A DNA stretch of 64,000 nucleotides, taken from Chiloscyllium plagiosum. Lineage: Eukaryota. The translations under genes were made by a program, and so were the position numbers. Where the stretch lies: assembly GCF_004010195.1 (NCBI RefSeq), contig NC_057758.1:809029-873028 (forward strand). Reading direction: 5' to 3'. Below, piece after piece: positions 50,215-63,842 of this stretch (position 1 is the first letter of the stretch; every line of letters starts with the position of its first letter). The notes beneath the pieces were generated by a model that searched no databases, had not been told where the DNA came from, and saw only the letters and a list, made by a program, of their open reading frames with translations.

Positions 50215-51559
50215 GGTATGTTCCGGGCTGCCTGCTAAAGAATGTTTTGAGTGGTATTGCCGAGACTGTAACAAGGGACACGTTTCTATGTCTGCTTCAG
50301 TTATGACTTTTCTCTTGGATCAGTCTGACAATTGCAATAGAACAGAATGACTAACCTATGAGGAGAATTTAAGAGTAAAGTATGAATTTGTGGCTACAAC
50401 TATTTTGAAATTGCACAATGCCAAATGAACCTTAAATGTTTCGGTCTTCTGTCTCCTGGCATGTTAATATGTTTATTTTATTCCGTTGTAGATGAATGGC
50501 AATGAATATCCGAATACGTATTATCTGTTTCACGTTGCACCATGGAGATGATGCTGAGCTTCCTTCTTTCGCCATTTCATTCACTAAGGTAGACCGCAAT
50601 GCCCTGAAAAGGGGATTCTGAGATTTTGACGCAGCCACGTTGAAGGAGCAGTGACAAATTTGTCAAAGTCTTGAGTGCACTGTGAAGCTGCACACATCCA
50701 GGAAAATAGAGCGTGTTCCACTACACACATGACAGTTATGCTTTTGATGGAGCCAGGAGGTGAGTTACCAGCTTCTGTACTCCAAACTCACTGCTTTTGT
50801 ACTAGACCCCAGTCTAAATCAGAATGGAAATTGTATAAGTAGCTGCGATGAAGCTTCAATTTTAACTTCCATGGTTGAAAGAAGTGTTGTTGAGATGTCA
50901 TTGGATCAATACAATTAAGGAAACAAAGACATAAAATATTAACTTCAGTAGCGCCTGGCAGTAGCATTTGATTCATTTTTTGTGACACAATGTGAACGTC
51001 TGAAGCTGTAGACATTGCCAATGTATTAGAGTTTAATCATTTTCAAAGTGTTTATTCATTGTTCTTTCCTCAGAATTGCACGGAAATTCATTCTGGGGAA
51101 GTGAATTCCATCATTCGTTCTGAAAAACGGGCATCATTGTGATCAGTCAAATGCAATCTTATCGGGATGCATATAGCATTGAAATGTGAACAGCGCTTCC
51201 AGTGGAAGCCCCAAGTTATCTGGACGAAAACTGTAGGTAGGATGTGCTTCAAATCGATTCAGAAAGGGAGAGTGGTTGTCCAATCACTAATTAACTCAAG
51301 GAGTTACATCTGTATTGCTGTTAATCGAAAGGATTATCTTATCAGGTTTCTTTTCTTTTGTCTGTCACTCCAGTGTTGATAGAGATGGAGGAAACCATGG
51401 AATTCATTGTGTTTGGGGGAGCTCCTGTGAAAGGTGGAGACCTCGCAGACACAGTTTAGTGCACCATAAAGCCAAATAGTCATTTCATTCTTAGATATTG
51501 TGTTATTGTAACATTCCACTTTTTTTGCAAAGGGATATTTATTCCCCTTCAAATTTGAG

Positions 51560-51785
51560 TAGATTAGATTAGATTAGATTACATTACAGTGTGGAAACAG
51601 GCCCTTCGGCCCAACAAGTCCACACCGACCCGCCGAAGCGCAACCCACCCATACCTCTACATTTACCCCTTACCTAACACTACGGGCAATTTAGCACGGC
51701 CAATTCACCTGACCTGCACATCTTTGCACTGTGGGAGGAAACCGGAACACCTGGAGGAAACCCACACAGACACGGGGACACGGGG
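51560..51785 (-). mobile_element. Young HE1 SINE, 5'-truncated
   Basis: (agatt)4 tail, acagtgtggaaacaggcccttcggcccaacaagtccacaccg..., V-domain. Confidence 0.92.
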
Positions 51786-51972
51786 TACTAACATGGTTTC
51801 TCAACGTACACATGTTTTATGGAGAGCAGTTTATAATCACCCTGGAATATTTATCTTACAAATGATATTGCATTAAGTTGATGCTTCTGAGGAAGCAACA
51901 TTTAAATATATATTTAATTACAATGTAATGAATCCAAGATCCATCACTTGGTGTGCAAATCATGATCCAATA

Positions 51973-52060
51973 NNNNNNNNNNNNNNNNNNNNNNNNNNNN
52001 NNNNNNNNNNNNNNNNNNNNNNNNNNNNNNNNNNNNNNNNNNNNNNNNNNNNNNNNNNNN
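51973..52060. other. Assembly gap (N run)
   Basis: Ns. Confidence 1.
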
Positions 52061-52519
52061 NGATTAGTCAAACTACACGTCTTGAAGCCATACACTCTAT
52101 TTTAATACTGCTGTCAAAATGCAGACTCTTCAACGAAAAAGCACAGCAGTAATTCTATCGAAATACTAAGCAAAACCAATGGATATATTGAATGCTACGA
52201 ATTAATGATTCCAATAGAGTTACACCGTATAAGCCTACACTTGACAAAGGCAAAATCAACAAAGCAGATTGAATCAAATGCAAGTATAACAGCAGAAATA
52301 AATGGCAAGATTTTACCTGTAACATCCACTGGAATAAAGTATTCTACATTCAACATTGTAACCCCAGGACTGTGAAAAGCTACGACTACAAATTCTCATC
52401 TGCGGGAGTTTTACCCCAACCATTCAGACTGCGCCTGTTGTTCCAACTTTAAAAGAGAACAAGACATCACAAGTTGTTTACTGTGGTGGCTCTAAGTAGA
52501 GTACGCACTCCCTCTGTTT

Positions 52520-53270
52520 CAACCTTGCTTCACCAAAAAAGGACAAAATAAAATGCTGCAGCATTTTATTAGGAAAACATGGACCATTAACATATCAAGG
52601 TAGATTCATTTACAGAAATCTTTAGCCTTACGATATGAATACACTGCAAAGCACATGTTCTGCCCTGCTGCCAATTTCAGTCCATTTTCTTGCAGCACCG
52701 AACGCATCGGTCTTCCTTCATCAAATTTATGGCTTCACATCTGCAAATGCGTTTTGTCACCCTGTCACATATATGTTTCCAAGCTGAATGGATGCAATAA
52801 CCACCTCCATATTAACAGTCTGGAATGTTTGTATTTATTTTTCTCCACAAACTTGGAGGGTTTATGATTTGTCTTTGCAAGTGACTCAGATTGGCAACAT
52901 CAATGTTGACATTTTGTAAATGAAGCACGAGAAGCAATGTCTCTTTCGATTATTATAGAATATTTTTATTGATCATCATTTCGTTGTCTGGAAGAGAATG
53001 CCCAATAGTTTGTTTTTCTCTTTCTTCTCGTCTTATTCTTGTAAGATTACAGTACTGTCACACAAATCACTCGCATCGGCAGCCACCTTGAATGGCTTTG
53101 CATAACCATGTGTGGCCAAGACTGGATTAGTGGTCAAACTCCTTTTGACATTCATCCGGCCCCTGAAATTTTATACACTTCTTCAACAAGTCAGTCAGTG
53201 AAGCAACCACATTGCTAAAATGTGGAGCGAGCTTGTCATTAAAAAAAAACTCATTCCCAGGAATCCATGA
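52520..53270 (-). mobile_element. Gypsy RNase H remnant at the end of pol (Gmr1-like order)
   Basis: Minus-strand YAKPFKVAADASD..VILQE, ..LLHPFSL..IYVTG*QNAFAD, then non-coding 3' sequence with no integrase. Confidence 0.75.
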
Positions 53271-53419
53271 CTTTTTTCATTGGAGAAAATGAGGAGAAGA
53301 GGGGACCTAATTGAGGTAATTGAGGTAATTGAATTACCCTGAAATAATTTTGTTAGCTGGTCTTCATTAAAAAAAATAACATTGACCTATTAAAGTTCTA
53401 CTATCATCACAATGTCACT

Positions 53420-54830
53420 ACACAAGCTTCATCTTATTGGTTTGGGGCAAATTATGTCGACACTGGTAGGGAAGCGAATGGAGAAGATATGAAGGGAGAG
53501 GAGAAATAGGCATTTGGAAGACAATGAGCTTATCCGTAATAAGAAAAATGGTTTTGTGCAGCGAAGATAATGTCTTACAAATTTAATAGAATTCTTTGAA
53601 GAGATGACAAAGTGATTGATGAGGGAATGGATGTAGATGTCATATAGATGGACTTTTGTAAAGCATTTGATAAGATTCCCCATGGTAGGCTGATGAAGAA
53701 GGTGAAGTCACATGGGGTTCAGAATGTTTGAGCTAGATGCATAGAAAAGTGGTTGGACAACAGGAGACAGAGAGTAGTAGTGGAATACAGCTCCTCAAAA
53801 TAGAGACCTGTGTCCAGTGGTGTCCCACAGAGATGCATGCTGGGACCACTGTTGTTTATGATATTCAGAAATTATTTGAATGAAAACGTAGGTTGCCTCA
53901 GAAGAAATTTTGCAGATGAAACTAAGATTGGTGGAGTAGTAGATAGTGAGGGGGAATGTCAGACAATACAGCAGAAGATAGGTAGATTGAAGATTTGGGC
54001 AGAGAAATGACGGATCGAGCTCAATCTAGACAAATGTGTGGTTGATGCATTTCGGAAGATGCAATTTCAAAAGCGAACTATGCAGAAAATGGAAAAGTCC
54101 TGGAGAAAATTGAAATACAGTGAGTTTTGGGTGTTCATGTCCATTGTTCCCTGAAGGTGGAAACGTGGGTCAGCAGAATGGTCAAGAAGGTATACGGGAT
54201 GATTTCCTTCATCGGACGGGGTATTGAGTACAAGCATTGACAGGTCATGTTACAGTTGCATAAGACTTTGGTTCGGCCACATTTGGAATGTTGCAGTCAT
54301 TTCTGGTCACCACACTACCAAAAGGATGTGGATACTTTGGAGAAGGTGCAGAGGAGGTTCACTAGGATGCTACCTGGTATGGAAGTTGGTTGATATGAGC
54401 GGAGGTTGATTAGATTCGGATATTTTCATTTGGAAGGCGGAGTTTGAGTGGTATCCTGATAGTGGCCTGAAAATCAGGAGTGGTTTAGACACTGTGAATT
54501 GCAAGAAACGTTTTCCCATCGTGGAAGACTGAATTACTAGTGGTCACGAGTTCAAAGTGAGATGGGACAAGTTTAGGGGAGATAAACGTGGAAAGGTCTT
54601 CATGCAGACGTTGGTGTGCGCCTGGAATGCGTTGAATGCGGAGGTGGTAGGGGCGGGAATGATCGAGTCAATGAAGATGTATCTAAACAGATAAATGAAT
54701 GGGCAGGGAGCGAATGATTACAGATCCTTAGAAAATAGGCAACAGGTTTACATCGAGGATCTAAATCGGCGCAAGCTTTGACGGTCAAAAGGGCCTGCTC
54801 CTCTGCTGCAAGTTTCTTTGTCCTTTTTTC
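53420..54830 (+). mobile_element. CR1 LINE, RT to 3' end, degraded
   Basis: SSGVPQRCMLGPLLFMIF..NFADETKIGGVVDSE; LVRPHLE. Confidence 0.9.
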
Positions 54831-54859
54831 TTCTTTTATCAACGAAATTCTGCATGTCA

Positions 54860-55545
54860 AAAGGAATTGTTGGCACGTTTGCATTGAACACTGAGAGCTA
54901 GCAGACGAGGTGCAGGAGGTAATCTGGAAACTGAATAGTTATTATGATGAAGTGTAAGAGTAGACAAGTCTTACAGCAACTGGTGAAGGTGCTGGTGAGA
55001 CCTCATCTGGAGTACTCAGACGTTTTGTCACCTTAGTTGAGGGAATACATTATTTCATCGCAGGCAGTTCGGATGAGTTTCATCAGGAAGATCTCCGGTC
55101 TGTAGATATTATCTGAGAACCTTTCGGGACTTCAGCACTGGAGTTGAGAAGAATATGATGTATTATCCTTGTAACATATAGGAATCTTAAGGGTGTTGGC
55201 AGTTAAGTGCTGAGAGGATCTTATCACTCATGGCACAGCCAAAGGCAAGATGACATTTTTTCAGAATTAAACGGGACAACGTACGACTTTAATGAGGAGA
55301 TATTTCTTCTCTTCGACGATTTGGAGTCATTGGCACTCGTTTCCATAGAGGGGCTGGGGACAGAACTGTAATGTTTATTTAAGGCTCCAATAGATAGATT
55401 CTTGATCAGTACAAGAAATGCAGTTGCGTGAAATTGGCAGGAAGGTGAACATGTGTAATGTTGGATCAGCCAAGATCCATTGAATGGCAGAACAGGCGTG
55501 AGTGGCCTTGTCCAAAAAATGAAACAACCCCATCTTCCTATTTCT
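54860..55545 (+). mobile_element. Older CR1 3' fragment
   Basis: ctggtgagacctcatctggagtac (LVRPHLEY); tail ttgaatggcagaacaggc. Confidence 0.75.
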
Positions 55546-56029
55546 TAAGGAAATCTAAATAAAGCATGGAATTTGCACAGATCAACCTGTATTGATCGAG
55601 GTCCTGCAAGTTACAACAACAAGCCAGAACTATCAAAGACCTTCTTGTCACTTATTCTAAAATTGGGAACACTTTCACATAGATCAATCAAACATCAGTT
55701 GGACATATTCATACAAACAGCTTATCCAGTCAATGTCACTGGCCCCACAATTTCTGCCTGGGCAGTTTCTGAGCGACAGACAGACAACTGTCAGAACCTG
55801 GCACATCGGTATACGGAAGAAAGGCAGTTTCCTCAGGAACCTGAAAATTTGATCCCTGGCCTCAACAAAACTCGCATGGAACATTACTCTGCCTAATATA
55901 AATTGGTGTACATTTATGTTAAGAGCCACAATATATTCTGGGTATGGGACTTCAATCTCCATCAATAAGAAGAATCCCTTCGAACACCAGCATGGTGTTA
56001 GCCAAATTATTCTTCTGCGGTATCATAAA

Positions 56030-56340
56030 TCAAAGAACTGTGGATGCTTGAGGTCTGAAACTAACAAAAACAAAAAATGCCCGATAAACGCAACAGATCA
56101 GGTTGAAACAATCAAAACAGAGATTGCTATAAATGTGAAACAAGTGGAAGTTGCTGCAATTATGAAACAAACAGAAACCGCACTTGATGGAGATCAGAAA
56201 TGAACAGAAACATAATAGATTTGCAGAGATCTGAAACATGCAGAAACAGAAGTTGTCGATAATATGAAGCAAAAGCAACCAGAAATAGTTGTAATTCTGA
56301 AACAAATCAAAACAAAAAATTGATGGAGATCAGATCAAGC
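56030..56340. repeat. A-rich degenerate tandem repeat
   Basis: Recurrent (c)tgaaaca..aaacaga and ttgatggagatcaga units. Confidence 0.5.
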
Positions 56341-56679
56341 ATTAAGATGGTGTTAAGTCTACTGGTATATCTGCGGTGCTGCAATGGGTGAAGGTGAGGG
56401 AGTCCATGAGGGGTACATTTATTGGAAGATGGTATTACCAGCAGCTATTAGATGAATTCATCCATGACAGTAACTGGAGAACTGGGAAATGTGCATTCCC
56501 TTTCGAAACAACAAATCATCTTGACTTTGAGGATATATACCACTGTGTTATGAAAGAATATTGTTTTGCTCAGTTGGGCAGACTGTAAGCAGCTGCAAAA
56601 ATTCAGAACTGTCTATCTGTAATCTGCTGTGGGCATAGAGCATCAGTTGAATGACATTCGCATTCAGCCTGCACCGTCA

Positions 56680-57310
56680 CCACTTTGGACTCTTGCGTTC
56701 GTGACACTACCTCTGAACAGTGGGAGAATGGAGTATTTAAGCACAGGAACAAGGACGTCGTCCCTGGTGCGGCCACGCCTGGAGTATTGTGCACAGTTCC
56801 AGTTTTCATGAGCGAAGAAGTATATTCTGGAAATGGAGGATGTGCTGTGAACATTTACCAGATTAATTACTGGAATGGTCGTACTGTGGCATGAGAAGCG
56901 CTCGAGTCTGTTAAGAGTATTCAATGCAGTTGAAAAGAATGAGGGGGAATCTAATATAAACGTAGAATATTCTAACAGGACTCGACAGAGTAGGCACAAG
57001 AAGGATGCCAGGGGATTCCGAAAAATAAGTCAGAGTTAACAAAGTCACGGTGAATAATTCAGGATGGAGATGAAGATCAATCGTTTCACCCAGTGAGGAT
57101 TGACCCTGTCGAATATCTGCCTCTGAAAGAAATCGAAGTCTGATTTAAAAAGTGAGACATACATAATTCTTCAAGCTGCAAGGTTGCAAGATTATGGCAT
57201 ATATGCACGTGCAGGTTCCTGAGTTGGATGGTCAGCAATGATCATAATGAATGGTTGATTAAGTTTGACTGGAGGAATGACTTACTCCTGCTCCCAGCTT
57301 CATTCTTTCC
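56680..57310 (+). mobile_element. Old CR1 3' fragment
   Basis: SLVRPRLEYCAQF. Confidence 0.8.
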
Positions 57311-57574
57311 TTGGATCAGATTAAGACTTTGCATTCTCAACACATCCAGTTGTGAATGGTAGTGGACTAATAACCTGCCATTCGGAACAATATCCTAAAG
57401 TATATTTTCCTGAAAACCGAGGGAGCCCACAACATTCGTGCAAAAGACAGCAGAAATATCTACGTGAATCTACTGCTGGCTGTTGGGAGCGTATTCGATC
57501 CTGCCTCCTCATAAGGGATGCAGTATCATAGAGACCAAAAGCAACAAATTCAGAAACATCCAAGTGTTAACCAT

Positions 57575-59995
57575 ATAAAATAGAACAGTACCACACAATA
57601 CAAGATCTATGGCCAAAAATGTTGTGCCAAGATTCATCTTAATTTAAGATCAACAAAACCTGCACATCCCTCAATTTACTACCGTCCATGTGCTTGTCTG
57701 GCATTGGTTTAAGTGTCCCCAATGTCTCTGACCTGTTACCACTGCTAGATGTGCATTCCACGCACTCATCTCTCTCTGCGTCAAAACCTACTTCTGACAT
57801 CTTCCCTACAATTTCATCGAATCACCTTAAAAGTATGACCTCTCGTGACAGCCATTTCTGCTCTGTGGAAAGGTCTCCGGAGAACTACTTTATAGAGTCA
57901 TTATCTTGTATGCCTCTTTGTAATCAACTCTGCTTCTTATTTTTTCCAGTGTAAAAAGTCCTATATCACACAACATCTCTTCAAAAGATTTGTCCCCCAA
58001 TTCAGGAAGCAGGCTGGCAAATCTCCTCTGCAGCCCATCTCAAGCATCCACATCTGCTCTATAATGAGGCGACCAGAACTGGGCACAATATATAAGAGTG
58101 ATATAACCAGGGTCTCGTTAAGCTGCAGCAAAACCTTATGGCTCTTAAATTCAATCCCCCTGGTAATGAAAGCCAAAATACTATATGCCTTCTTAACAAC
58201 CTATCCACTTTTATGGCAACTTTGAGTAATCTATGTATGTGGATCTCAAGATGCTGCTGTTTTCTTTCACACTTTTAGGAATCCTGTCTTTATGACGTTA
58301 TCACCATTCGAATTAGACCTTCAAAAGTGAGTAATTTCTCATTTATCCAGGTTGAAAATCTTTTTGCCACTTCTCAGATAAGCTCTGCATCATGTCAATG
58401 TCTTGTCAGCCATCGAAATTGTCTACAACACCTTTATGTCATCGGAAGAGCTACTACCCCACTATTCCACTTCATTCAATTCATTCATAAAACTACAAAG
58501 AACAGAGCTCCAAGTACAGATCCCTGTGTGACACCACCAATCACAGATCTCCAAGTGGAAGAAGCGCTGCCCTCTTTCAGCCAGCTAATTCTATACACAG
58601 GCAGCCAAATTTTCCTGTACCCTATACCACCTAACTTTCTGAATGAGCCAACCTTGGAGAACTTTATCAAATGCTTTATTGAAGTCCATATTCAGTACAT
58701 CTACTGCTCGACCTTCATCAGCTTGTATCATCACATCCTCAAAGTACCCAGTCAGATTTATGAGGCATGACCTGCCCCTAACAAAGCCATGCTGACTCTC
58801 TTTAATCAAAATAAAATATCACTTTTTCCAAATCGTTATAAATCTTTTTTTCTCAGAATCCTTTCCAAGACTTTGCTTACCACACATGTAAGACTGACTG
58901 GCCTGCAATTCCCATGAATTTCCCTATTCCTTTCCTTAAACAGAGGTACAATATTCGGCTCCCTGCAATCAACCCATACACATTGAGGACGCAAGGAACA
59001 TGGCCAGAGGCGTAATATTCTCACTCCTCACTTCCCATAATATCCTTGGATATATTTGGTTCTGTCTTGGGGGCTTATCTATCTTGATGTGTCCCAGAAA
59101 TTCCAGCACATCCACTTTCTTAATGTTAATCTGTTAAAGTCTATTAAAATGGTCCACATTGTTCTATCAAACGGTATCACCCTCCAGCAAAATAAAACTC
59201 ATGTGGAAACTTGCCTAAGTCTTCAGACTGACGTATAGAACACCTTTTCCACTATACTTCCCGCCACGCCTTTTTCTATGTTCCCCTCCTCACTTTCCTC
59301 AGTACATTTTAGTTCTTTCCACGCTACGCTGCAATCCAGTAAAATTGTGCCAGACCCTTGGTTCCTCAACCTTAAGTAAGCTTCCTTCTTTTGACGAGAA
59401 GCTCCTCTTCTCTTGTCATCCAATGCTCCTTCTCCTTAATATTCCTTGACTGCCTCAGTGAGAAAAGGTTATCCAACATTCCCAAGAAGTGCTCCTTCAG
59501 CAGCGTCTACATTTCTGTTTGGCCTTTCCCGTAGAACAGTTGCTCCAAATTTCTACTCCAAAGCTCCTGTTTAATAGTAGCATAACTGACGTTCCCCAGT
59601 AAAATACTTTTCCATATTGCCTGTTCCTCTCCGTCTCCATGGCTATAGTAAATGTGAGGCAGTTGTGGTCACTGCCACCGAAATGGTCTCCCACCAAGAG
59701 ATCGGAGACCTAAACTGCCTTGTCGATGAGCACTAAATCCATTATTGACTCCCGCACAGTCGGCCAAACTGCATATGGAGTCAGGAATCATTCAATCATT
59801 CATGACACAATACATTATCGGCTCCAACTAAACAATCTGCATGAGGTAGGTTTCAATCAATATTGGGGAAGTTGAAGTTACCCATAACAACAACTCATTT
59901 ACATCTGCACATTCTCAAGATTTGCTGGCCACTCTATGATTCCATCTCTCAGCTCATATTGGGAGAATTAAAAGAAAACTCCCAATAAAATGACT
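57575..59995 (-). mobile_element. CR1 LINE, ~2.4 kb, endonuclease through 3' tail with internal deletions
   Basis: VGDHFGGSDHN (endonuclease), NIVPLFK..GNCRPVSLT, QHGFVRGRSCLINL, MDFNKAFDKV, GVTQGSVLG. Confidence 0.92.
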
Positions 59996-59999
59996 ACTC

Positions 60000-61000
60000 C
60001 CAGGAGGTCCAATACCATCACAGAACACACCGGATGGCCTCCATCTTTGAAGACCACAATTTTGCCTCCCTCGTGATCGATGACGCACTACCGTGCATAT
60101 CATCAAGTTTCCGTACCTCTGCCTTCGAACCACAACAAGAACAGATAACCCCAGTAATCACCTTTCACGCCACCAACGTCCGAATACATGGCATTATCCA
60201 CTGCCACCTACAAACAAGCCCCCCCCCCCCCCAACCAGAGATGCATCCCCCCACCCCTATCCGCGTTCTGTAAAATCCATTGCAGCCGTCAATCCCTTGC
60301 TATGTCCACTTGCCCCACTAACCTGCACACCCCTCTGGACACCTTTCCATGCCACCACACGAATTGCAAAACCTACGCACACATCTGCCCCCTTACATCT
60401 ATTTAAAGTCACAACGGTGCCGACCACATCCGTTCGACACTGTATCTATTGTTGACGATGTGGTCTCCTCTACATTGGGGAGGCAGGACAGCTATTTGCA
60501 AATCACTTCAGATCACATCTCTGGGACTCACGCATGGAACAACCTCACCCTTTCCACCAAGGACATATAGGTCCTGGGCCTCCATCACCTCCAAAAACAT
60601 ACCGCCCATCACTTTGAGGAAGAAAGCCTCATCTCCGCCTTGGCGCTCTACAACCAAACGGGATTAGTGTGCATTTCATCAGTTTCCTCACTTCTCCTCT
60701 TCCCTACTTTTCCCAGAATCACGCTTCCAATTCCCCCTCACCTTCTGACCTGTCCTACCTGTCATCTTCCTTCTCACCTATCTGCTCCACCTTTCTCGCT
60801 GATCTCACATCTTTACCCTTAACTTCATCCAACTATCATTTTTTCAGGGACCTTCCCTCTAGCCCCACTCCCTTCCACATATCTCTTAGTGTCCTTGGGT
60901 CACCCCCTCATTCTCGATGAAGGGTGTATGCTCGAAGCGTCGATACTCCTGGTCTTCGAATGTTGAATTGTGTTTTTTCAGCAACACACTGTTCGACAAA
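60000..61000 (+). mobile_element. Penelope-like element 3' region, degraded
   Basis: MASIFEDHNF..ITPVITFHATN, GIY-YIG-like remnant (ctctacattggg), pyrimidine-rich 3' part, gatgaaggg..cgaagcgtcga terminal motif. Confidence 0.85.
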
Positions 61001-62679
61001 CTACACACAGTCAGGCAAGGCTGGTATTGAACCAACCTCTCTGGCACTGTGACGCAACTATGCTAACCACTGATTCACTGTGCAATCCTTTTACTGAAAT
61101 AGCAATGAGAAAGGAATAACCGCGGCGGTGACAGCGTTTACTTCTGCAATGCAACTGATCTATAAGCTTCACCACTGCCTTGAACCAAACTTGGCGAAAA
61201 ACAGCAGAAATTCACAGGCTGTCTGGCATCAACCTTATAGTAAAAACTCAAGGCTTCCACACTGCTGGATAAAAGGCAAGGTCTCGGAAAGTTGCCTTTT
61301 CAAATTTACTCGTGGGACGCAGGTGTAACTGTCTGGGCACAGCATTTATTGCCTGTCCCAATTTCTCCAGTAAAGCAGGTGCTGGTGATCTATATTGTTG
61401 AAAATCTGCATTTCATCTTCTGTCGGAAGACCCGCAGTGTGGATGGGGCGTGAATTCCAAGATTTTGCCCAAGTGACACTGCAGGAATGGTGATATATTT
61501 CCAAGTCAAAATGGTGAGCAGCTTAGGGGAGAATTCGTAGGGGTGGTACGTTCATGTATCTGCTTCCCTTGTTCTTCGAGGTGGAAGTGGACATGAGTTG
61601 GCTGTTGAATGAGTCTAGATCAAACTATTGATTATGTTGATAGCACCTTGATGCTGTTTATTAATACAACCTGTAAAGTAATGAAATACTGTCAGATAGC
61701 AATTCATCAACAGGATTGGCAATAATCAATACTGTTTTTCTTGTTGAAAACATCATATCCATCACTACCTTATATTTCATTGTTGTAATGCTGTATTTTC
61801 TGCGAGTGGCCTTACGTTATTTTTAAAAAAATATCTAAGGATGTCGTTGAGTTATAAAGTCAGGGAGAGCTGCAGCAGAGTAAAAGACCATTCAGCACAT
61901 CGAGTCAGGGCCAGCTGAAAAGCAATCGAATACTATTTTCTCGCAGTTCCAGTCTTGCAGCTTATCGCATTTCAAATGTATATCTGGCATTGCAGAAGTG
62001 TATCGAGTATCAAATGTCTCAATCCGGATATGATTGACATCAAATTCAAAGCTGAAGACGCATTGTGTTTTTTTTACTAACTTCAGTTAGTGACTTCAAC
62101 TAACAGCCATTATCAAGAGTTCAACGGGGTCTCTGGGAAACTTCCCAATGCTTTATGCAGTCTTCATTTAAAGGAGTAAACACAAGTTTCTCAGCCAAGT
62201 TTTTTGCCTCAGGACACGTGACTAGTTCATGCATGTATCACCTTGCCGCACGCTCTCCTATCATTATTCACCCTTTCAGTGTCTTGTCACAGATTGTGAT
62301 TGTGCAGTACTTTAAACAGAACGTGCGTGACAGAGAAGCAGAAGTATCTCCTCCGTTCAGCAATGGAATTTTCACTCATCTTTCAGATACAACGTATTTA
62401 CTATCAGTTTCTAGCTTGTCTTTGAAGTTTTTGGTAAGACATCACATCCGTTTTTAATGAAGTAAAGCTGCGGGGAAAGTGCTTCTGTGTATGACAATAA
62501 TTTTCTGACGAATTTGCTTTATACAGCTACTCGTAATGTCTTGTGCCTAAGTACAGTATGCTTTATTTTTTTTTCATAGAAGTGCCTCAAATTTCTTCTT
62601 CTGGAGAGTTAAAATGTGGCTTTCTTGAAACAATTTCAATGTTGGTTGTAACCTGTATTCAGCTTCAATCTGACAGTGG

Positions 62680-63335
62680 AGAAAAATTACATTAGCATGT
62701 TGTGGAGGTACGCATAACCAGCTCAGACAGTGAATTCCCGACACGCAACACCCTCTGCATATGGAAGCTTTTCCTCATGTCCTCTCTGATAAGTCTGCCA
62801 CTTAACCTGAATCTTTAACCTTTGGCTGTTGAAATCTTTGCGAAGGGAACCAAGTTCTTCCTTTCCACTCTGACTCTATCTCACACAATTTTTTATACCT
62901 CATCCACCAGCCTTTTCTGTTTGATGGAAATCAAAACCAGCATCTGTAATTTGTCCCCGTAGCTGCAATTTTCCATCCCAGGCAACATGCTGGCAGGTTA
63001 TATTTGCACTCTCTCCATAACCATGCATTCATCCTGCAATGTGGTGATCAGAACTGCACAGAATACTCCAGCTGCAACCCCGGCAATTGTGGCCAATCAT
63101 GTAATGTTTCAACCTCCTCTGCTTGAATGCAATTTTTATTCAGAATTAAACTTTACAGTCCAAGCAATAACCTGGCAAATCACGTTTGCACCGTCACCAA
63201 ATCAATCACATCCTTCTTCTGATTTGGATTACAGAACTGCACACCATGCTTCAGCTGTGGTCCAACTAACGTTTGACAAGGTTCCAGCTTTAGCTCCGTG
63301 CTCTCAAACTCTATCTCTCGGCTCATAGAGATCGT
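62680..63335 (-). mobile_element. Old CR1 fragments
   Basis: atcagaactgcacagaatactccagctg is the reverse complement of QLEYSVQF. Confidence 0.65.
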
Positions 63336-63842
63336 ATTCCATATCCGTCCGTTTCAAAATAGATGGAGTCCCTCAGGTGAATCGGTCTATTGGAAGACGG
63401 TATGCAATGAGTGCTTTAAAAGTCTGAGAATTAACTGAAAGAGCAAATACAATTGCTTCAACAATGGCAAATTAACACTTCTGACATCTTGGCAGCCAGG
63501 TACAGTATAAGTGAACAGAAGTGAAATTCACTTTTGAAATGCATTTTGATAGTGTTTATATAAGAAGAGTTTAATGGTGTTTTCGTCAAATCTAGTGTAC
63601 AACCATATTAATTGATTATATTTAGTGCTGCATTCTGGTTCCAACACAAATCACAGCAAAAAAAAACAGTGAATACAATGTCGAGTCTAAAGTTGAATAG
63701 ATGGGTTCAACTAATTTATGATCATTGGCTTGGTCAGTATTTATTTCCCATCCCTAGTTGCCTCTATGAGAAGGTTGTGGTAAGCTACCTCTTTAAACTA
63801 CTGCAGTCCATGTGCTATAGATACGCAACATTGTATTTTAGG

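Larger units (their letters stand above)
45809..50273 (+). mobile_element. Gypsy LTR retrotransposon (Gmr1-like), internally deleted, with nested CR1s
   Basis: 5' LTR 45809-~46430 starts TG; gag-like remnant; integrase HHCC (HERPLGGHLG..CQVCHMCQ), core and GPY/F-like module at 47100-48170; 3' LTR end aatgttttgagtggt..gtaaca at 50273. Confidence 0.85.

Noticed and set aside
50215..50275. Cys-rich VCSGLPAKECFEWYCRDC after the gap
   Set aside because: It is the 3' end of the Gypsy LTR (matches 46375-46430)
52678..52784. Minus-strand intact six-Cys frame after ccattcag|: WKHICDRVTKRICRCEAINLMKEDRCVRCCKKMD*
   Set aside because: It overlaps the C-terminus of a Gypsy RNase H remnant in another frame (HPFSL..YVTG*QNAFAD), and the spacing x7/x1/x10/x2 is non-canonical. 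It shows that chance defensin-like patterns occur here
57425..57562. Minus-strand C-x6-W-x4-CIPYE...RRYFCC
   Set aside because: Two stops, a frameshift, no C4 and an over-long spacer; not distinguishable from chance
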